A DNA stretch of 64,000 nt from Macrostomum lignano (Eukaryota): the NCBI GenBank assembly GCA_002269645.1, contig NIVC01000224.1:348781-412780 (forward strand). Reading direction: 5' to 3'. The position numbers and the translations under genes are program-made. Positions 46,701 to 55,700 of this stretch are shown here, one piece after another. The notes under the pieces are model-generated. The model ran no database searches, had not been told where the DNA came from, and saw only the letters and a list, made by a program, of their open reading frames with translations. How positions within the stretch are numbered: position 1 is the stretch's first letter; every line of letters starts with the position of its first letter.

Positions 46701-49700
46701 TGTCTTAGTGTCTATCTTAGTGCCTGTCTTAGTGCCTGTCTTAGTGCCTGTCTTAGTGTCTATCTTAGTGCCTGTCTTAGTGCCTGTCTTAGTGCCTGTC
46801 TTAGTGTCTATCTTAGTGCCTGTCTTAGTGTCTATCTTAGTGCCTGTCTTAGTGTCTATCTTAGTGCCTGTCTTAGGGTCTGTCTTAATGCCAGTCTCAG
46901 TTATCTGCCTTATTTATGCTTTTTTGATGTCTGTCTGCTTGTATGTTTTTTTTCTAGTCAGTTACCTTTAATAGTCATCTAATAATAGCTCGAACAAACT
47001 TTTACGGCATGCAAATAATCCATTTTCCTTTTTATTCTTTGTTTACCTTACACTTCTATAGTATTAATCGCTAGATTATTAGGCAAACAAAAAAACATTT
47101 TTATAGTGTAATTACGCCTTTCATACCCGCCTCCGCCGCCCACGCACAGGCCATGATCAATCCGTTGATTCTTGCCTTCAAATCTGGCGGCACTCAGCGT
47201 CGGCGCTGGAACTGCAACAAAATTCTGTACAACATGGAGAGCCACTCGGCCAGGCTCGTTAGCGAAGGCTTCATGCTCAACGAGGAATTGATTAGATTGG
47301 CCATCACCTGGGCCGAGATGTGGTACGAATCAATTGAAGAGGCTTCCAGAGCATTCTTTGGCGAGACTAAGGATATCAGGTTGGTGAATTCGGCTTGAGA
47401 CTTTTCATTGACAGATTTAGGACGGTGGCCCAGCAAATGAGGATCTGGGAGGCTGGCCCAGCAAATGAGGATCTGGGAGGCTGGCCCAGCAAATGAGGAT
47501 CTGGGAGGCTGGCCCAGCAACTGAGGATCTGGGAGGCTAGTGGCCCAGCAACTGAGGATCTGGGAGGCTGGTGGCCCAGCAACTGAGGATCTGGGAGGCT
47601 GGTGGCCCAGCAACTGAGGATCTGGGAGGCTGGCCCAGCAACTGATGATCTGGGAGGCTGGTGGCCCAGCAACTGAGGATCTGGGAGGCTGGCCCAGCAA
47701 CTGAGGATCTGGGAGGCTAGTGGCCCAGCAACTGATGACCTGGGAGGCTGGCCCAGCAACTGAGGATCTGGGAGGCTGGTGGCCCAGCAACTGAGGATCT
47801 GGGAGGCTAGTGGCCCAGCAAATGAGGATCTGGGAGGCTGGTGGCCCAGCAAATGAGGATCTGGGAGGCTGGTGGCCGAGCAACTGAGGATCTGGGAGGC
47901 TGGTGGCCCAGCAACTGAGGATCTGGGAGGCTGGTGGCCCAGCAACTGAGGATCTGGGAGGCTGGTGGCCCAGCAAATGAGGATCTGGGAGGCTGGTGGC
48001 CGAGCAACTGAGGATCTGGGAGGCTGGTGGCACAGCAACTGAGGATCTGGGAGGCTGGCCCAGCAACTGAGGATCTGGGAGGCTAGTGGCCCAGCAACTG
48101 ATGACCTGGGAGGCTGGCCCAGCAACTGAGGATCTGGGAGGCTGGTGGCCCAGCAACTGAGGATCTGGGAGGCTAGTGGCCCAGCAAATGAGGATCTGGG
48201 AGGCTGGTGGCCCAGCAACTGATAACCTGGGAGGCTGGTGGCCCAGCAGCTGATGACCTGGGAGGCTGGTGGCCCAGCAACTGAGGATCTGGGAGGCTGG
48301 TGGCCCAGCAACTGAGGATCTGGGAGGCTGGTGGCCCAGCAACTGAGGATCTGGGAGGCTGGTGGCCCAGCAACTGATAACCTGGGAGGCTGGTGGCCCA
48401 GCAGCTGATGACCTGGGAGGCTGGTGGCCCAGCAACTGAGGATCTGGGAGGCTGGTGACCCAACAACTGAGGATCTGGGGGGCTGGTGGCCTAGCAACAG
48501 GATCTGGGAGGCTGGTGGCCCAGCAACTGAGGATCTGGGGGGCTGGTAGCCCAGCAACAGGATCTGGGAGGCTGGTGGCCCAGCAACTGAGGATCTGGGA
48601 GGCTGGTGGCCCAGCAACTGAGGATCTGGGAGGCTGGTGGCCCAGCAACTGAGGATCTGGGAGGCTGGTGGCCCAGCAACTGAGGATCTGGGAGGCTGGT
48701 GGCCCAGCAACTGAGGATCTGGGAGGCTGGTGGCCCAGCAACTGAGGATCTGGGAGGCTGGTGGCCCAGCAACTGAGGATCTGGGAGGCTGGTGGCCCAG
48801 CAACTGATAACCTGGGAGGCTGGTGGCCCAGCAGCTGATGACCTGGGAGGCTGGTGGCCCAGCAACTGAGGATCTGGGAGGCTGGTGACCCAACAACTGA
48901 GGATCTGGGGGGCTGGTGGCCCAGCAACAGGATCTGGGAGGCTGGTGGCCCAGCAACTGAGGATCTAGGGGGCTGGTAGCCCAGCAACAGGATCTGGGAG
49001 GCTGGTGGCCCAGCAACTGAGGATCTGGGAGGCTGGTGGCCCAGCAACTGAGGATCTGGGAGGCTGGTGGCCCAGCAACTGAGGATCTGGGAGGCTGGTG
49101 GCCCAGCAACTGAGGATCTGGGAGGCTGGTGGCCCAGCAACTGAGGATCTGGGAGGCTGGTGGCCCAGCAACTGAGGATCTGGGAGGCTGGTGGCCCAGC
49201 AACTGAGGATCTGGGAGGCTAGTGGCCCAGCAACTGAGGATCTGGGAGGGGGACAAAATCGCTAGAAATCAGTTTTTCAAACCCGTGTACATTTCGGCTT
49301 GTACTGCTTAGCAACCAATTTTCGCCTGCATCCTTCTAGGCTGATGCTGCAGATTCTGCAGCCGCTGCACGAGTTGATGACGAAGCCGCCCGAGACCCTG
49401 CAAGAGACTGCCTTTCACCAGGAATACGCCAGGGAGCTGCAGGAGTGCCTGGAGCTGTGCGCCAAATATCAGCGCTGCCGGCACATGCAGGAACTGAACG
49501 TTGCTTGGGATATCTACTATAATATATTCCGGCGATTGGGCAAACAGGTGTGCTTTGCGTGCTTGTGAAATTTCAATTCTTCACTAATGAAGAGAAGAGG
49601 GTAGAGAGTGATAAATTACAGAGTGAAATGTGAGAGGCAGAGGGAGTGCAAATGAAGAGGAGTATAGTGCTAGGAGAGAGTGAAAAGGCATAGAGAAGAG

Positions 49701-52700
49701 AGTGAAAAGGCAAGGAGGAGAGAGTGAAAAGGCAAGGAAAAGAGAGTGAAAAGGCAAGGAGGAGAGAGTGAAAAGGCAAGGAGGAGAGAGTGAAAAGGCA
49801 AGGAGGAGAGAGTGAAAAGGCAAGGAGGAGATAGTGAAAAGGCAAGGAGGAGAGAGTGAAAAGGCAAGGAGGAGAGAGTGAAAAGCCAAGGAGGAGAGAG
49901 TGAAAAGCCAAGGAGAAGAGAGTGAAAAGGGAGAGGTGAGGGATGGATAAGCGAAAGATAATATTGGCCAAGAGATGGTTAAGTGACTACAACAGTCGCA
50001 AACAAATACCAAGGATTAATATCCCCAATTCACTACTTGGGCCTTAGGTACCAGCCGTGCAGACCCTGGAGCTCAGCTACTCAGCTCCACGCCTGGCAAA
50101 CTACGGCACAGACTGGGAACTGGCCGTGCCGGGCACCTACCTGCCCCGAAAGCCGGTTATTCGCGTTGCCGGCATTAAGCCAACTCTGAAACTAATCAAT
50201 TCTAAGCAGAAGCCGCGTATACTCACCGTGAACGGGTCGGACGGTCACGGGTACACGTTCTTATTGAAAGGTCACGAAGATATTCGACAGGACGAGAGAG
50301 TTATGCAACTGTTCGGTCTGACTAACTCATTGCTAATGAGCAATATTAGGACTGTGCGATGCAACCTGACGTGAGAAGTTTACTGATTATTTATGTTTCT
50401 TTTTTATTTTACTAGTTGTGGTGGGATTCTGTTTATTAGTAAAGAAAAGTTCAAGCTTATGATGCGTTTAATGAATACGTGTTTTCTGCGTCTGTGGTTA
50501 TGAAAGCTTGTGTTGTGTTTATGACAGTCTATGGTTACGATAGCTTGTGTTTATGACATTCTGTGTTTATGACAGTCTATGTTTACGATAGCTTGTGTTT
50601 ATGACATTCTGTGTTTATGACAGTCTATGGTTACGATAGCTTGTGTTTATGACATTCTGTGTTTATGACAGTCTATGGTTACGATAGCTTGTGTTTATGA
50701 CATTCTGTGTTTATGACAGTCTATGGTTACGATAGCTTGTGTTTATGACATTCTGTGTTTATGACAGTCTATGTTTATTACAGGCTGTGGTTATGATAGC
50801 TTGTGTTTACGATGGTTGTGTTTGACATTCTGTGTTTATTACAGGCTGTGGTTATGATAGCTTGTGTTTACGATGGTTGTGTTTATGACATTCTGTGTTT
50901 ATGACAGTCTATGGTTACGATAGCTTGTGTTTATGATATTCTGTGTTTATGACAGTCTATGGTTACGATAGCTTGTGTTTATGATATTCTGTGTTTATGA
51001 CAATCTGTGTTTATGACAGTTTGTGTTTATGACAGTTTGTGTTTATGATAGCTTGTGTTTATGACATTCTGTTTTTATGACAGTCTGTGTTTATTACAGG
51101 CTGTGGTTATGATAGCTTGTGTTTATGACATTCTGTTTTTATGACAGTCTGTGTTTATTACAGGCTGTGGTTATGATAGCTTGTGTTTACGATGGTTGTG
51201 TTTATGACATTCTGTGTTTATTACAGGCTGTGGTTATGATAGCTTGTGTTTACGATGGTTGTGTTTATGACATTCTGTGTTTATTACAGGCTGTGGTTAT
51301 GATAGCTTGTGTTTACGATAGCTTGTGTTTATGACATTCTGTGTTTATGACAGTCTATGGTTACGATAGCTTGTGTTTATGACATTCTGTGTTTATGACA
51401 GTCTGTATTTATGACAGTCTGTGGTTATGACAGTCTGTGTTTATGACATTCTGTGTTTATGACAGGCTGTGGTTATGACAGTCCGTGTTTATGACAGTCT
51501 GTGTTTATTACAGGCTGTGGTTATGATAGCTTGTGTTTACGATGGTTGTGTTTATGACAGTCTGTGTTTATGACATTCTGTGTTTATGACATTCTGTGTT
51601 TATGACAGTCTGTGTTTATGACAGTCTGTGTTTATGATGGTTGTTTATGTTTGTGTTTAAGATAGTCTAGCCTGTAGTGTTTAGCATCTAGTCTACGTTT
51701 ATAGTAACATGCTGTTTATTTGCAGCATGGGTAATTATGATATGTTTGTGTTTATGATAGTTCATTTACTAACTGAGAGTTCAAATATAGTTAACTGTCA
51801 CGCCTTATGCCATTAAACGTCAGGATTCAACGGATGTCCATCATTCCGTTGTCAACCAACACCGGCCTGATTGGCTGGGTGCCAAATTCGGACACTCTGC
51901 ACACTCTCATTAGAGACTACAGAGAGAAGAAGAAAATTCGACTCAATCTGGAGCATTGGACTATGCTCAAGGTTTGTAGTTATGCAATGTGCTGTTGTAA
52001 TTTACATTTTTGTACTACTAAATTGACATTTAACGCATGTCAACATTAAATCTATGTTCATTGACGGTTGAACAGTACACAGAATCTGATTGGCTAGTGT
52101 ACACAGAATCTGATTGGCTATTGTACACATAATCTGATTGGCTAGTGTACACAAAATCTGATTGGCTATTGTACACAGAATCTGATTGGCTATTGTACTC
52201 AGAATCTGATTGGCTATTGTACACAGAATCTGATTGGCTATTGTACACAAAATCTGATTGGCTATTGTACACAGAATCTGATTGGCTAGTGTACACAGAA
52301 TCTGATTGGCTATTGTACACAGAATCTGATTGGCTAGTGTACACAAAATCTGATTGGCTATTGTACACAGAATCTGATTTGCTATTGTACACAAAATCTG
52401 ATTGGCTATTGTACATAGAATCTGATTGGCTATTGTACACAGAATCTGATTGGCTATTGTACACAAAATCTGATTGGCTATTGTACACAGAATCTGATTG
52501 GCTATTGTACTCAGAATCTGATTGGCTATTGTACACAGAATCTGATTGGCTAGTGTACACAAAATCTGATTGGCTATTGTACACAGAATCTAATTGGCTA
52601 TTGTACTCAAAATCTGCTTGGCTAGTGTACACAGAATCGACTGATTGACTAGTGTACACAGAATCTGATTGGCTACTGTACACAAAATCTGATTGGCTAT

Positions 52701-55700
52701 TGTACACAAAATCTGATTGGCTATTGTACACAGAATCTGATTGGCTATTGTACTCAGAATCTGATTGGCTATTGTACACAGAATCTGATTGGCTATTGTA
52801 CACAAAATCTGATTGGCTATTGTACACAGAATCTGATTGGCTATTGTACTCAGAATCTGATTGGCTATTGTACACAGAATCTGATTGGCTATTGTACACA
52901 AAATCTGATTGGCTATTGTACACAGAATCTGATTGGCTATGGTACAAAAAATCTGATTGGCTATTGTACACAGAATCTGATTGGCTATTGTACACAAAAT
53001 CTGATTGGCTATTGTACACAGAATCTGATTGGCTATTGTACACAGAATCTGATTGGCTATTGTACACAGAATCTGATTGGCTATTGTACACAAAATCTGA
53101 TTGGCTATTGTACATAGAATCTGATTGGCTATTGTACACAAAATCTGATTGGCTATTGTACACAGAATCTGATTGGCTATTGTACACAGAATCTGATTGG
53201 CTATTGTACACAGAATCTGATTAAATAGTTTACTTCTATTAGGTAAACTTACTAAGTTAGCTTTTTGTAGGAAAAATGTGCAAAGTGTCTACTTATAGTA
53301 AAATAATAATTAAACAATCATTTTTCCAGATGGCTCCGGAATTTGACAAGCTGACAATTGCTCAAAAGACGGAAGTGTTCGAATACGGTTTAACCTCATG
53401 CGAAGGCGACGATTTAGCTAAGATTATCTGGGATCGGAGCCCCACCGCAGAGGTAAATAAGGGCGGTTCATTTCATTTGCAAGATAGATCGCCTGTGCAT
53501 CCTAAGCGAAGCGTCGTGTGCCTTTTAATTTTTGCCCAAAATTATTTAAATAATATACGCTAAAAAGCTTTTTATGCTACTGTAAGTAGAAATATCAACA
53601 TTTTAATCTATATACACTGCAGCTATGGTTCGAACGGCGGACTAACTATATTCGCTCTCTGGCCACAATGTCCATGGTTGGATACATTCTGGGCCTGGGC
53701 GATCGGCACCCCTCGAATATTATGCTAAATCGAGACACTGGCAAAATTGTTCACATCGATTTTGGTGACTGCTTCGAAGTGGCCATGCATCGGGAGAAAT
53801 TCCCCGAACAGGTGCCATTCCGTCTGACTCGAATGCTGATTAAAGCGCTGGAAGTGACCGGCATCGAGGGCTGCTTTCGTCAGACCTGCATCCTAGTTAT
53901 GAACCTGCTGCGCGAGAATAAAGACTCAATCATGGCCGTGCTGGAAGCCTTCGTCTACGATCCTCTGCTGCAGTGGATTCTGCTGGATCATAAACGGGAA
54001 TTCGGCGACGCTAAGAAGACTATGCAGAACTTTCGCCGCCCAGCCGATCCCATGGCCGCTGTTGCCGATGCCGCAGCTGCCGCCGTGGCTGCCGCTGATC
54101 CGCAGGTTGGTGGAGTAGCTGTTTTTTTAAATAGTCTTGATTACATTGTTAAGCTTTGTTTCACTAGAGGCGTCTGAATAGTCTGAAGCTTGTGTAATCA
54201 AGTGACTTTCAAGTGATTGTGTCTGTGGAAAGTCGAATGACCTTGTGTCAGGAATTTTAAGAGTGTCTATGTGGGTTGTGTCAGCTGTGTCTAAGTTGTG
54301 TCAAGAGTGTCGATGTGGTTTGTGTCAGGAATGTCGATGTGTTTTGTGTCAGGAGTGTTGATGTGGTTTGTGTCAGGAGTGTCGATGTTGTTTGTGTCAG
54401 GAGTGTCAACATTGTGTCAGTAGTGTCAAAGTTGTGTCATGAGTGTCGATGTGGTTTGTGTCAGGAATGTCGATGTGGTTTGTGTCAGGAATGTCGATGT
54501 GGTTTGTGTCAGGAATTTCGATGTGGTTTGTGTCAGGAATGTCGATGTGGTTTGTGTCAGGAATGTCGATGTGGTTTGTGTCAGGAATTTCGATGTGGTT
54601 TGTGTCAGGAATGTCGATGTGGTTTGTGTCAGGAATGTCGATGTGGTTTGTGTCAGGAATGTCGATGTGGTTTGTGTCAGGAATGTCGATGTGGTTTGTG
54701 TCAGGAATTTCGATGTGGTTTGTGTCAGGAATGTCGATGTGGTTTGTGTCAGGAATGTCGATGTGGTTTGTGTCAGGAATGTCGATGTGGTTTGTGTCAG
54801 GAATGTCGATGTGGTTTGTGTCAGGAATGTCGATGTGGTTTGTGTCAGGAGTGTCAACATTGTCTCAGTAGTGTCAAAGTTGTGTCATGAGTGTCGATGT
54901 GGTTTGTGTCAGGAGTGTCGATGTGGTTTGTGTCAGGAGTGTCGATGTGGTTTGTGTCAGGAGTGTTGATGTGGTTTGTGTCAGGAGTGTCGATGTTGTT
55001 TGTGTCAGGAGTGTCAACATTGTGTCAGTAGTGTCAAAGTTGTGTCATGAGTGTCGATGTGGTTTGTGTCAGGAATGTCGATGTGATTTGTGTCAGGAAT
55101 TTCGATGTGGTTTGTGTCAGAAATGTCGATGTGGTTTGTGTCAGGAATGTCGATGTGGTGTGTGTCAGAAATGTCGATGTGGTTTGTGTCAGGAATGTCG
55201 CTGTGGTGTCTCAGGAGTGTCACTGTGGTTTGTGTCAGGAGTGTCAGATTTATAGTAGAAGTGTCAACATTGTGTCAGTAGCGTTGAAGCGGGTTGTGTC
55301 AGGAGTTCTAAGTTAGATTGTGTTAAGACTCAAATCTGTGTTAGTGTTAAAGAATTGTTGAAATTCATCAAGTTTCCACAGACTCTGTTTTAACAATGCC
55401 AGCACAAATTTCAGGCTGCCGGAGCCGCAGGCGGAGTCGGCGCTGGTAACGCCGGAATTCAACAGGCGCCTGGCGCCGACGCCGCCGATATGGAAGGCTA
55501 CAATCCGTGGCGGCATCATTTAGTCAACGGGCCCTGGTTTGGCAACTACGAAGAGTCGAAACAGTTGCGCAAGCGCAGCCGTTCTGGCGTTGTCTACGTG
55601 GAGAAGAGCGGCATTTTCGGCCTGATCTTCAGCGCCCGACCGCCGCCTTTTCATTCGGCGACGACAGCGACTAGCGGCTACCCGGGCGGCCCCGGCAACA

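Noticed and set aside
47640-48860. Hammerhead ribozyme cores (CTGATGA in 31-bp unit variants)
   Set aside because: No matching GAAA core or stems I-III.
47194-49256. 648-aa and 626-aa minus-strand ORFs ([18 protein letters not shown] repeats), and similar ORFs at 56083-56846
   Set aside because: The 31-bp unit lacks stops on the minus strand in all frames, so all frames stay open. There is no unique domain and they lie antisense within TOR introns.
52002-55316. Repeat ORFs such as [16 protein letters not shown] and CQECRCGL (metallothionein- or keratin-like look)
   Set aside because: Translations of 24-bp intronic units in several frames and on both strands; flanked by verified TOR splice sites.
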